A stretch of DNA of 63,335 nucleotides, the filler included, from Octopus bimaculoides (Eukaryota), in assembly GCF_001194135.2 (NCBI RefSeq). It is 6 parts of 6 records of this genome, joined end to end, with 100 filler letters (N's around TTAATTAATTAA, not from the genome) between each part and the next. Parts side by side here need not be neighbours in the genome. Positions count along the whole stretch, not along the records: positions 40,914 to 49,990 come from NC_068998.1; positions 50,091 to 62,062 come from NW_026334859.1; 4 more parts are not named here. One strand, 5' to 3'. Positions 40,914-52,539 of this stretch are shown here, piece after piece (position 1 is the first letter of the stretch; the number at the start of each line of letters is the position of its first letter). The notes under the pieces are model-generated. The model made no database searches, was not told the origin of the DNA, and was given only the letters and a program-made list of their open reading frames with translations. Position numbers and translations under genes: made by a program.

Positions 40914-41630
40914 ATATGTATATGTGTATATATATATACATATATATATGTATATATATATATGTGTGTATGTTTGTTTGTCTGTGTTTGTCCCCCCCAA
41001 TATCGCTTGACAACCAGTACTGGTGTGTTTAAGTCCCCGTAACTTAGCGGTTCAGCAAAAGAGACCGATAGAATAAGTACTAGGCTTCAAAAAAAAAGTC
41101 CTGGTGTCGATTTGCTCGACTAAAGGTGGTGCTCCAGCATGGCCGCAGTCAAATGACTGAAACAAGAAAAAGAGTAAAAGAGTAAGCCAAAATTTGTTTT
41201 CTTAGGAGAAATTTTTCTTTTGGCTCTATATAAATTTCTCTGTGTACCACCCAGAAACATTGGTTATGGTAGTAGGACCTGCTGCGTTTCGTTCAAAATT
41301 TGGATCTTATCCTTCAAAACTAAAACTCGTAAAATCGGGGTCTTTCAAAGTGGGTCCTCGGGAAGTGGGGCATTACTGTTTATGTCAATGTGTATGCGTA
41401 TGCATATTTATGTATGTGTCTCATTGTGTCTACCATTTGCCCCGCCCCCTTGCCAATCGGTGTTAGTGAATTAGCGTCCCCTCAACCTGGCGGTTCGACC
41501 AAGGGCAACAGTAAAATTAGTAGTAAGCTTTAATAAAATAATTACTGCGGTCAGTTTGTTCGAGTAAATGTCTACAAAGTGATGCCCCAGTTTGGTCGCA
41601 GTCAAATTGAATAAAACACATAAAACATAA
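40914..41630 (+). mobile_element. Family C SINE 3' half (40914-41185) and a second degenerate tail (41440-41630)
   Basis: AACTTAGCGGTTCAGCAAAAGAGACCGATAGAATAAGTACTAGG..GGTGCTCCAGCATGGCCGCAGTC..AAAAGAGTAAAAGAG. Confidence 0.8.
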
Positions 41631-41979
41631 CATATAAGATTTGTATATTATCAGCTATTAACGACTCTAGAACCTCCGCCACCAGAGAAATGTTCTATTC
41701 CCCAAATACAATTTATCGATATCTCCATAAACGGCAGATGATATATATTTGTCGTACGATATATCTTACACTAATTTCAACATTGTAGCGTTGTTTTTAT
41801 TCATTTCGGCGAGAGATGATATATATTTATGCTATCAATGAACTTTATCCCTTGAACTGTTTCTGTAATAAATCAGCAATCCAAAGAGAATCTTATCAAG
41901 GATTTTATCTATGATATCGATCGGAGGAAACACAAGAGAACACTTTCATAATTAAGGTAATTTGACGCCAACGAGAAAT

Positions 41980-42016
<37 letters not shown>

Positions 42017-42040
42017 GCATAGATACATATACAAATAGAT

Positions 42041-42075
<35 letters not shown>

Positions 42076-42631
42076 TATATGTATANNNNNNNNNNNNNNN
42101 NNNNNNNNNNNNNNNNNNNNNNNNNNNNNNNNNNNNNNNNNNNNNNNNNNNNNNNNNNNNNNNNNNNNNNNNNNNNNNNNNNNNNNNNNNNNNNNNNNNN
42201 NNNNNNNNNNNNNNNNNNNNNNNNNNNNNNNNNNNNNNNNNNNNNNNNNNNNNNNNNNNNNNNNNNNNNNNNNNNNNNNNNNNNNNNNNNNNNNNNNNNN
42301 NNNNNNNNNNNNNNNNNNNNNNNNNNNNNNNNNNNNNNNNNNNNNNNNNNNNNNNNNNNNNNNNNNNNNNNNNNNNNNNNNNNNNNNNNNNNNNNNNNNN
42401 NNNNNNNNNNNNNNNNNNNNNNNNNNNNNNNNNNNNNNNNNNNNNNNNNNNNNNNNNNNNNNNNNNNNNNNNNNNNNNNNNNNNNNNNNNNNNNNNNNNN
42501 NNNNNNNNNNNNNNNNNNNNNNNNNNNNNNNNNNNNNNNNNNNNNNNNNNNNNNNNNNNNNNNNNNNNNNNNNNNNNNNNNNNNNNNNNNNNNNNNNNNN
42601 NNNNNNNNNNNNNNNNNNNNNNNNNNNNNTA

Positions 42632-42760
42632 TATATATAAAGAATGCCTTAAGAAGAGATTGTATAAGTTCTTTCAGAATTATGAACTTGGGATATCTAT
42701 AGAGAATGAACACTATACAGTAAATTACCTAGACGTCAACCTCTATATTATGTAAATAGA
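42632..42760 (+). mobile_element. Penelope-like element RT fragment
   Basis: Translates KECLKKRLYKFFQNYELGISIENEHYTVNYLDVNL, matching the PLE 'F...GL.I.IE.....VNFLDV.L' RT motif. Confidence 0.65.
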
Positions 42761-42802
42761 AGAATTTATCTGTAGTAAATATAATATGCGACAATTATTC
42801 GG

Positions 42803-42876
42803 TAGCCATTATAAAACTCCGAGTTTCTAATGTCGGGACGGAATTCCACGCCGGCATCTCTTCAGTTATCGGGCCA
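42803..42876 (-). ncRNA. Putative type-I hammerhead ribozyme motif (HHR-1)
   Basis: Minus strand: UGGCC-CG-AUAA CUGAAGA GAUG..CAUU A GAAAC UCGGA GUU|UUAU-AAU-GGCUA. Stems I, II and III can all pair. Confidence 0.6.
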
Positions 42877-42924
42877 TCAGATAAAGTGCTATGAAAATGA
42901 CCGTTAAAGAAAGGGAAATTCCTG

Positions 42925-43204
42925 TGTGATTGATCATTATTAAAACAAAAGAGCTGTTAGAATGACCGCCAAGTGAGGGGAGGGAGTAAAGGGAAGGGAG
43001 TAAAAATGTTCATAGTAATCGCGTAAGCGCGAATGTGCATACGTACACATGCGCGCCCATGTACGTGAGTGTGCGTGCGCGCATGTGTATGTATGGATAT
43101 GCGCGCTTACGCGATTACTATGAACAGTTTTACTCCCTTACCTTTACTCCATCCCCTTAGCGGTTATTCTAATAGCTCTTTTGCCTTAATAACGATCAAT
43201 CACA
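42925..43204. repeat. 280-bp foldback with arms of about 130 bp and a 20-nt loop
   Basis: Arms 42925-43056 and 43077-43204; termini TGTGATTGATC / GATCAATCACA. Confidence 0.92.
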
Positions 43205-43214
43205 NNNNNNNNNN

Positions 43215-44060
43215 TTCAAAGACAGTTGCTCCCAAAAATTCTAAAGTAAAATTTAGGATTTATGGTGGGTCAAAGTCGGTAATAATAAAATGACTGTGGA
43301 GACGTAAAGAGAAACCAAGAGAGAAAAAACACCCGGTGAGTCGTGAGACCAGAATGAGTGGAAAATAGTGAACGCGTGGAGGAATATTTCTTTTGAAAAG
43401 AGAAAAGGTATATATTGGAGAGAAAACACGTCCCCTCGTTTAAAAGTCCGTGCAGTAAAAGAAAGTTGGTCAGGCGAGGAAATGAAAGATGGACGATGAA
43501 TTATGGTGGAAGAAAACAGTATAGAACAGAGAGTGGCATGAAATAGGTGAAGATAAACTTACTTGGAAATGGATGCTGTGGTCAGAAAAAAAGTTTCTAA
43601 TTTGTACTTTCCACAAGCTACATGACGGAAGTGAGTTTGGAAGCGACAAAAGAAAAACTTATTATTAAAATGTTCAAACTCCTTCCGAACGCAAATATCA
43701 ACAATAATATAACAACAAGTTAATGATTTCGATTAAGAAACGTCTTTAACATATGAGTATAAACAAATTAAAGAAGACTTCCACCAATTGAAATAAAATT
43801 GATGGAAACTAACTAAATTTGGTCACTCATAAAACAATATACATGTAAACCGCAAGCTAATTGCGGTGCGCCCGGTAACTATGCGGATTGGTCAAAACCG
43901 TATTCGAAAAATTCAGGGTGTTGGACGCTTCTAAGAGGCATAAAAAGGAAGATGTCAGTCATTCTACTACAGTTGTTAGGATCTCAGCTGGCAATGAGGT
44001 ACATTGTGAAATCTGATGATTACTACGAACGTATGAAAGCGCTAATTGAACTGTATGTAC
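43215..44060 (+). mobile_element. Decayed Penelope-like element (GIY-YIG remnant plus 3' pLTR)
   Basis: KVYIGEKTRPLV near 43405-43440 fits GIY-YIG 'YIGET.R.L'; the segment ends in a hammerhead-like motif. Confidence 0.5.
43999..44060 (+). ncRNA. Putative minimal hammerhead ribozyme motif (HHR-2)
   Basis: GUACAU..AAU CUGAUGA UUAC-UACGAAC-GUAU GAAA GCGC UA|AUU..AUGUAC; stem III AGCGCU is palindromic. Confidence 0.6.
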
Positions 44061-44596
44061 ATTACAAAATATTTTTTTAATGTTTAGTATACTTTAACAT
44101 TGTAAGAAATGTTTTTAATCTAACATGATAAAAACATGAAAACTAGACCATGTTTTAACTGAATGTATNNNNNNNNNNNNNNNNNNNNNNNNNNNNNNNN
44201 NNNNNNNNNNNNNNNNNNNNNNNNNNNNNNNNNNNNNNNNNNNNNNNNNNNNNNNNNNNNNNNNNNNNNNNNNNNNNNNNNNNNNNNNNNNNNNNNNNNN
44301 NNNNNNNNNNNNNNNNNNNNNNNNNNNNNNNNNNNNNNNNNNNNNNNNNNNNNNNNNNNNNNNNNNNNNNNNNNNNNNNNNNNNNNNNNNNNNNNNNNNN
44401 NNNNNNNNNNNACATACATTCATAATAATCTAATACATATCAATAGATCTATATACATTAAACATATAGATTAAATGAATGTAAAATAGTCCAGGTTTAA
44501 ATAGGGTGGAAATGTTCAAGGTGTAAATAATTAAAACAGTAGGAAAGCCTCTAAGGGATCAAATAGCAAAAAATAAATTAAGATGTAATCCGCTAT

Positions 44597-44706
44597 GGAG
44601 GACGACTTCCTGATGAAGGGGACATTATTCACTAGAATAAGGTAAATTTTAGAACTTTCATACCTTACAAAAATGTACTCCAGAAACGGCCGTCGAATGG
44701 ACCTCC
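44597..44706 (+). ncRNA. Putative type-I hammerhead ribozyme motif (HHR-3) with long branched stem II
   Basis: GGAGG-ACGAC-UUC CUGAUGA A GGGGACAUU...AAUGU(A)CUCC A GAAAC GGCC GUC|GAA-UGGA-CCUCC. Inner UAAGGUA/UACCUUA helix; stem III ACGGCCGU is palindromic. Confidence 0.75.
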
Positions 44707-45155
44707 TCTAATAACGGAACTTTTCCTTAATGTTTAATCTTTTATTATCATGTGGGGTTTGCTTTTTGAACTGTCTTAAAATTTGATTTTGTTTTTGCTG
44801 CTTGATCAATCAGATGTTTTTATATTGTTGTTCACACCTTTAATACATTTATATTCTTTTAATTGATTTTTAAAAATATATTTATATGTGGTACTTTTAT
44901 AAATATAGACCTATTAGTCGGTATGAAATTGTATGAGCGTATGTGTATTTTTTAAATTGTGTTTAAAATTTTGCATCTGGGGATTTGTTGATTGACTTAT
45001 CCTTTGTTTCTGAATTTACCTCTTTAATTATCGTTCGTTTCGGATATCCTGAGTACCTCGCAGCTTCAGCCCATATATTTCAAACAAAAGTTTTGATAGC
45101 ATATAGTGTATGTATGTATATGTTCATACACGTACGCACGCAAGCACACACACAG

Positions 45156-45189
<34 letters not shown>

Positions 45190-46814
45190 TCACACACACA
45201 CACACATACACACACACAGACACACCCACATACAGACACACACACACACACACACATCTATAATTATGTCAGTAGCACTCGAAAACTGTCCAGATATGGT
45301 GCCGGTAGTGCGAAATGGAAATTTCTGCCTTTTTGTACTCTTACAATTCCACGTAACACATTGTTAATTCGTGCTAAGACAATTGCATGCACATAATGAA
45401 ACTTTATTCACCCAGCCGGCTAATTGAAACATCAGTGATTGTTCAATCACGCTTTTCCAATATCAACAAACACTGATTTTCACTCTGCCTACGTTTGCCA
45501 GTGTCAACCTGCTACTGACAGTTGATCAGTGTTAGATTATTCCACATTAATACAAATTACTGACAACTTCCATATCTTTCAGCAATGTCTACTGTAGTCA
45601 TCAAGCAATTATCAAATATATGTGTAGTTGCTGAAGGCAATCATATATATTCAGCTTGTTAAAAATTCTTATTATTCGTACATTTAGCTAGATCAGAAAA
45701 TTTTGGTTTCATTGTATTAACGGCTTCAAATAATTCATGACATATTTAAGACTTAAGTATGTTGTTCCTTCGTTCTCATATTTACATTTCCTCCGTGCTA
45801 TGAATAAAACGTGTTACGATGAATGATAATGCTGCTTATGAATATATTTTGTATATATATTCAGTATTTATACATCTCATTCATTGCTGTTAACCTTATG
45901 GTATATCGTGTCAGTATGGGATTTCTATAACGAAGGCAATTATGAAAACTTTATATATGCGAGAAAATGCTTTGCAAAGCGAGTTTGTCACACTTATGTA
46001 TTATTACTTTACAGGAATTACAGTTGGATTTATTACATGAGAATGCTGTCTAATGTGTTCCTACAAGCCCTATCTATTTTACTACATATTCTAAAAAAGC
46101 AACCTTATCTGATTGTCTGATGTACCGAAATATGTGATATGTAGAATATCCATTAAGTCAGAAATTAATTCTAAATCACAAAAAAATGAAACAGTTGAAA
46201 TACATTGTCGAACAATAGAATTCAGTTGCATGTGATAATTCTAGGGTTTGATAATATGGTGTGGGTCTACTTTCAACAATAAAAAATCAACAGAAGTCTA
46301 CATTTAGAATTAAGAAAATGTAGAAAATAACAAACAACGCTTACTAATGAAAAGAGAAACATCATAGTAAACCAGTCAGGCATAAGATCACAAGTGTGCA
46401 TGCGAAATAACATATCAACAACTACGTCCACACAAATTCATATATATATACTCTTGAAAAAGAGTTCATAACTCCAACTAAAAATATGTGTCTCCCCTTA
46501 TATACACTTCCTGTTTTGACACCACACTTCCTGCTTAACACAAACTTTTAACCCTTTTTTTAAACCTATCACAACTCTCAATTCTCATGCATCCTTATTT
46601 ATCCAACCATTATATACATGAACTACCATTGAACTTCAAAAGCTCAAAGACAATATACTGTATTGGTATATTTATTTTTTTATATATTATTTTCTTCATT
46701 TTGTACTTCTTTGTAAAAGACATTTTCATTCTCCTTCTTCTTGAAAATTTGCTTCGCAATGAAAGCCGGTTAGAAATCTTTGTGGGTGGTGAGTGTATGT
46801 AATACAAATATATA

Positions 46815-47052
46815 GGTGCAGGAGTGACTGTGTGATAAGAAGCTAGTTTCCCAACCACATGGTTCTGGGTTCAGTCTCATTGCGTGGCACGTCCGGTAAA
46901 TGTCTTCTACTATAGACTCGGGCCTACCAATGTCTTGTGAATGTATTTGGTAGAGGGAAACTGAAAGAAGCCCGTCGTATATGTATGTATATGTATGCGT
47001 GTGTTTGTGATTTGTGCCTCTGTTTGTCCCTCACCATCGCTGGACAACCGAT
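46815..47052 (+). mobile_element. Family C SINE 5' portion
   Basis: CCCAACCACATGGTTCTGGGTTCAG..TGTCTTCTACTATAG..GGAAACTGAAAGAAGCCCGTCGTATATG. Confidence 0.8.
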
Positions 47053-47054
47053 GG

Positions 47055-48234
47055 GTCATTGATGCATATTTTGCTAATTCTGTATAATCTTTGTTTCAGA
47101 AAATAATAATGGCAGACCGTCACCTTACTCAAGAAATAAAGAGGCATGCTGTAATCGTGGTTATAAAGACTGAGCAGAGCGATTTCGAAATATCTCGAGT
47201 TTTAAAAGTTACCAGATCTCTCATCTAAAAAGTTTGTAAGGAGCTCGAAACTGAAGATTGAAACGTTTCACAAGTATCAAAGCATGAAAAACATTCTAAA
47301 CGCCCTGAAATTATCAGATCTCCTGAATTTATTGGACAATTCCAACAGACCATTGATTACATTCCAAGAAACTCTGTGAAGTCAATTACAAAAGATCTCC
47401 AGAAAGAAAAGTCAGAAATGTTGTCCACGAAGACATCAGATATAAGTCTTATATGATGTGGAAAGGTCAATTTGTCAAAAAACGCCAAAGAAAATTACTA
47501 CATCAGATTTAATAGGCTCTTAAGCAAATTGAAAATTCCAACAGAAGATATCATTTGATTTGTCTCAAACGAGAAACACTTCGACAAAGATGAAAAGTTA
47601 ACAGAAGGAATGACAGATAGTTACGTGCAGAGCATTTTAAGTTCCAAGTGTTATGCATATAAAATATCCTGTAGCTGTCATGGTTTAGGGGTTGTCAGCA
47701 ATGAAGGACATATGATTCCTCCTTACATCTTTCGACAAGGGCTTAGAGTTAACTCTGCCATGTACCTTCACGTCCTGAAAATAATCTTTAAGCTTTGGAT
47801 AGACAGTGTTTGAAGTGGTAGGCTATATGAATTTCAGTAACACTCTGCATTATCACACAAGGCTCTAGTAAGAGAAGGAATGTTCATGATCACATAAACC
47901 CTAAAATATGGGCTCCTAATTCTCCAGATCTCAATCTATTCGACTATTACATGTGCAGCATTGTTGAGACAGAAGTCAAGGGAACGCCTATGACACCAAA
48001 AATTCTTTGAGAGCTGCATAGTGAACCAGGACCACTTGATCATGTAGATTTTTGAGATCTCATATAGAAGCAGTTATTGTATCTGATTGTGGCTTTATTG
48101 AATAACATTTCTGAAAGGAAAGATTATTTTAATCCTCATTGGAATTGTTTTATAAATAAAGTTATTATCTGTTATTATATATCTCTTTTTTTATAAACAT
48201 AAATGTGTCTCCAATGTCTTACGCACCCTCCATA
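47055..48234 (+). pseudogene. Near full-length decayed Tc1/mariner (maT/DD37D-like) transposon
   Basis: Fragmented translation gives VMVLGVVSNEGHMIPPYIFRQGLRVNSAMYLHVLK and WAPNSPDLNLFDYY. A right-end-like CGCACCCTCCATA lies at about 48222-48234; the left end is replaced by a SINE. Confidence 0.85.
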
Positions 48235-49169
48235 TTTAAGGAAATTAAGACAAGGTAGAACATGCAACAATTATTTTATCGTGGACAACATTTTAGTACC
48301 GGTTCCAGATTTTCCGACTTTTTCAACTTAAAGTAAAGCAGGAAAAACAATTAAAATGTGGAGAAACTAATGTTTTTTAACCCACAATTTGTTTTTGTAT
48401 CTTTACTCTAAGTTGAAAACGTCGCGAAGACTGCAACCGATACTAAATGTACTTGATGATAAAATTCGTTTAGCATTTTCTACCATGTCTTATTTTCCTT
48501 ATATATATCAACTCGTGTGTTACTATTCAAACTTATANNNNNNNNNNNNNNNNNNNNNNNNNNNNNNNNNNNNNNNNNNNNNNNNNNNNNNNNNNNNNNN
48601 NNNNNNNNNNNNNNNNNNNNNNNNNNNNNNNNNNNNNNNNNNNNNNNNNNNNNNNNNNNNNNNNNNNNNNNNNNNNNNNNNNNNNNNNNNNNNNNNNNNN
48701 NNNNNNNNNNNNNNNNNNNNNNNNNNNNNNNNNNNNNNNNNNNNNNNNNNNNNNNNNNNNNNNNNNNNNNNNNNNNNNNNNNNNNNNNNNNNNNNNNNNN
48801 NNNNNNNNNNNNNNNNNNNNNNNNNNNNNNNNNNNNNNNNNNNNNNNNNNNNNNNNNNNNNNNNNNNNNNNNNNNNNNNNNNNNNNNNNNNNNNNNNNNN
48901 NNNNNNNNNNNNNNNNNNNNNNNNNNNNNNNNNNNNNNNNNNNNNNNNNNNNNNNNNNNNNNNNNNNNNNNNNNNNNNNNNNNNNNNNNNNNNNNNNNNN
49001 NNNNNNNNNNNNNNNNNNNNNNNNNNNNNNNNNNNNNNNNNNNNNNNNNNNNNNNNNNNNNNNNNNNNNNNNNNNNNNNNNNNNNNNNNNNNNNNNNATA
49101 TACATAAACATATATATATATACATACATATATACGTATACATATACTCATATATGTATTCAATAATCA

Positions 49170-49440
49170 CACCTTAAACTTCCGACACTGGGATAAAATG
49201 AAAACGACCAAATCATCCAGTCACATGTGGTCCTTCAAAGATAAAGGTATCAGTTACATCATCCATTGGAAGATCTTAACCAACTGTATTAATATATATG
49301 CATGTGCGTATGTACGTACCATTCTACAAGTATGTAGCAAAAAAATTCTAACGGCCGGAACAAGAACAGGAATTGCTCATACTATGAAAATAGTCTTCTT
49401 AAAATCCACGCTCTATATAAACGTAAACGTACGTTAATGT
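49170..49440 (+). mobile_element. Penelope-like GIY-YIG C-terminal fragment
   Basis: TLNFRHWDKMKTTKSSSHMWSFKDKGISYIIHWKIL resembles the PLE 'T.LS.HIW.LKD....Y.I.WKIL' motif. Confidence 0.7.
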
Positions 49441-50239
49441 ATTTCTGACCGTAAGTATATATTGCAATATTCAGCAGAAGCAGAGTGTATGCTAGAAACA
49501 GAGATTAGAACGATAAATCATAAAAAAAGCCATCATCAAGTTATGAAAGTAATAACAGAGATACAATAACAGACAAAGAGTTTGGTATATGCATATGAGC
49601 GAGATAAAAATAATAGTTACATAGATTGGTATATTAATATAAATTTGCATAGGAGAAATAATCACAAGTGAATTGAATACGAAACAACACATATTTCTTA
49701 ATACTGAACACTGTGAAAGAAATATGAAATGAAGATTACAACAGTAATAAAACAAACATAATATATATATATATATGCATGCATCAATATGAATTTCGTT
49801 GCAATGAGAAAGTAATGATATAGAGACACAGAAAAAACTAAAATGAACATTGTGTTTGGTTTTGCCAAAACAATAGAATAACTCTTTGCATCAGCAACAA
49901 TTTTGATTACTACTGCTAATAGGCGCAACAGTCTGTGAAATGGGTGCATTCATAATTCTATTTAATACTGTTCTGTAGGCTATTTATGTANNNNNNNNNN
50001 NNNNNNNNNNNNNNNNNNNNNNNNNNNNNNNNNNTTAATTAATTAANNNNNNNNNNNNNNNNNNNNNNNNNNNNNNNNNNNNNNNNNNNNAAACATTCAC
50101 TTGAACAAAACTGTACAAATCCAAATATATGGTACCCTAGGCATAACACCTACATGAACTTCTAACTTGTTGTCTCTTGAGGTCTCTGGGTGAGACTTGG
50201 ATCCAACTTGTACAAATGCAAAACAAAAGTCAAACATAA

Positions 50240-50294
<55 letters not shown>

Positions 50295-51728
50295 GATCAA
50301 TGAAGAACTGGAATACAGAGATAATGCGATGTGGAAAATGTTTGGTGAGGGTTAACATCAAGAGAGGCATAATTTAAAGAGATAGCCTATCACCCTTGCT
50401 GTTTGTGATTTGTATGATAACCCTCACACTGATACTAAGGAAAGTGACATTGGAGATATTAAACCATCTGTTATATAGAGATGCCTTAAAGACCTTTGGG
50501 AAGACCGAGCAAGAAATAAATGCAACAGTGCAGATATTCAGTAAGGGTATTGGAATGGAATTTGGGACTGGTGGTATAGAACTACCCAATGGTGAGAAAA
50601 TCAAGGATATTGAGGCTAATGGATAAAAGTATCTGAGTATTTTGGAATGTGACAAAATCAGCGGAAGGGAAATGAATAAAAGCTTAAGGCAAGAATATCT
50701 CAGAAGAACCAAATTAATCATGGGAAGTAGGCTCAATGGAAAAAAAAACAAGATGATGGCAATGGACACCTGAACTGTTTTCTTAATGTGATACGGTTCG
50801 GGTCTCATAGGATGCAATATCTGTGTTGTCAAAGAGAAGAACAAGCTGGGATGGTTCATCAAACAGCAGAGTGAATCCTTGCTTGCCGCTGTTAGAATTA
50901 ACAATACAATACCTACAGAAAATATGATGCTCCCTCAAACATTTAGGAAACAAGATGAAGAACAAAGAATAAACAATTGGAAAATGAAATCACTGCACGG
51001 GGAATACCACAGAGAAATGGAAAGAAAAGACAAGACCAACACTTGGAGATGGCTAAGAAAAAGTGGTTTGAATGGATGCATTGAAGCATTGATATGCAGC
51101 GCCCAGAAACAAGCTCCGAAAACTAATTACACCAAGTTCCAAATAATTAAGAGCAGCGAATCACCTTTTGTAGGATATGTGGCAGCAGAAATGAAACAAT
51201 CTCACATATTGTGAGTGAGTGTAGTAAGCCGGCCCAAAAGCACTACAAAAGGAATCACAATAATGTGGCTAAGTTTGTTCAATGGAGATTATGTGAAAAG
51301 TACGGCTTAGATAGAGCACGGAAATGGTACAGACATGAACCAGAAGGGGTCACCAAGAACAAGTAACATAAAATACTGTGGGATTTTACAATTCAATATA
51401 ACTCCCTAATCGAGGCTCAGGGACCAGACATTTTTGTGGTAGATAAGGAAAAAAGGAAACCAAGGTTATAGATATTGCAATACCTGGGGACACTTGCATA
51501 AGTGACAAAGAACTAGAAAAGATTGAGAAGTACAGACCACTAAAAGACGAAATTGCAAGAATGGGGACTATGAGGAGAGTGTCTGTCAGTAGTCGTAGAC
51601 AGGCACTCAGCACTAACAACCAAGTTCGAGAAATACGTCGAAGAAATCAGAATTGACGTGAAAGCAGAGCAAGCCCAAACACTGCTCTGCTGGAGACAGC
51701 TAGGATTTTGAGATTGGTACTTGGACGT
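50295..51728 (+). mobile_element. R4/Dong-like retrotransposon 3' half (RT end, CCHC, restriction-like endonuclease), decayed
   Basis: Readable: EYLRRTKLIM, SLHGEYHREM..TWRWLRKSGL..EALICSAQ, HIVSECS, KILWDFTIQ, GPDIFVVDK, KELEKIEKYRPLKDEI. Bounded by (TAA)n at 50239-50294 and TAATAATAAT(GAT)n at 51729-51795. Confidence 0.9.
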
Positions 51729-51736
51729 TAATAATA

Positions 51737-51795
<59 letters not shown>

Positions 51796-52539
51796 AGTAA
51801 CTGGACGTGTTCTTCGCTGCTCTGACAAGCCAGGAGCTGAAGACGAAAAAATATTAATACAAACCAAGAGCAGAACTGAAAATTAGCTTTTAAAAACTAG
51901 TATATCCGCAATTTTCTGTGAGTTTTTAAAATTTCCTTGAACATAATTCGATGATGGACGTAAATCAACACTAAACAGGAGTTAAGAAACCGCAGATAAA
52001 TGAATGAAAATATATATTTTCATTATATAGTTAATTATATATAGTCAAATTATATAAGTCTATTAAAGAAACCAACACATAGGAATACAATATCCCTACA
52101 CAAGCTGTGAATACCAACATTAACCAGAATGAATCACTTCAGAAATCCAAAAGATTTCTCTCATATATGGAACATAATTGTTGTTAGACAACATTAATCA
52201 CAATTAATCACATACACATTCCCATCTCTAGACATGTACACACTACTGTTTATACAAGTCACATTCGAACAAAACAAACATCGATCACACTGTATTTGAA
52301 TTACTTAAATAAATAATTTTATTGGTGTTAATGGTGATGATAGTAATGATAATGATAATAATAGTGGTAAAAGGTGTTTCCGTAAGTGACCGAATGCTGT
52401 AGAGGTCATATATATTTCTCTCTCACCAATAATTATTTTCTTTTGCTCCCCTCAAATATAGATGTGGACTGTCTGAGGCTTCGTTGGCAATTCACGTTGT
52501 GATGGTATCCTAATAAAATTATTGGTGATTACTCAACCT

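Noticed and set aside
46504-46535. Tandem ACACTTCCTG (ETS-like) sites as a promoter
   Set aside because: Two short motifs with no other promoter evidence; not supportable from sequence alone.
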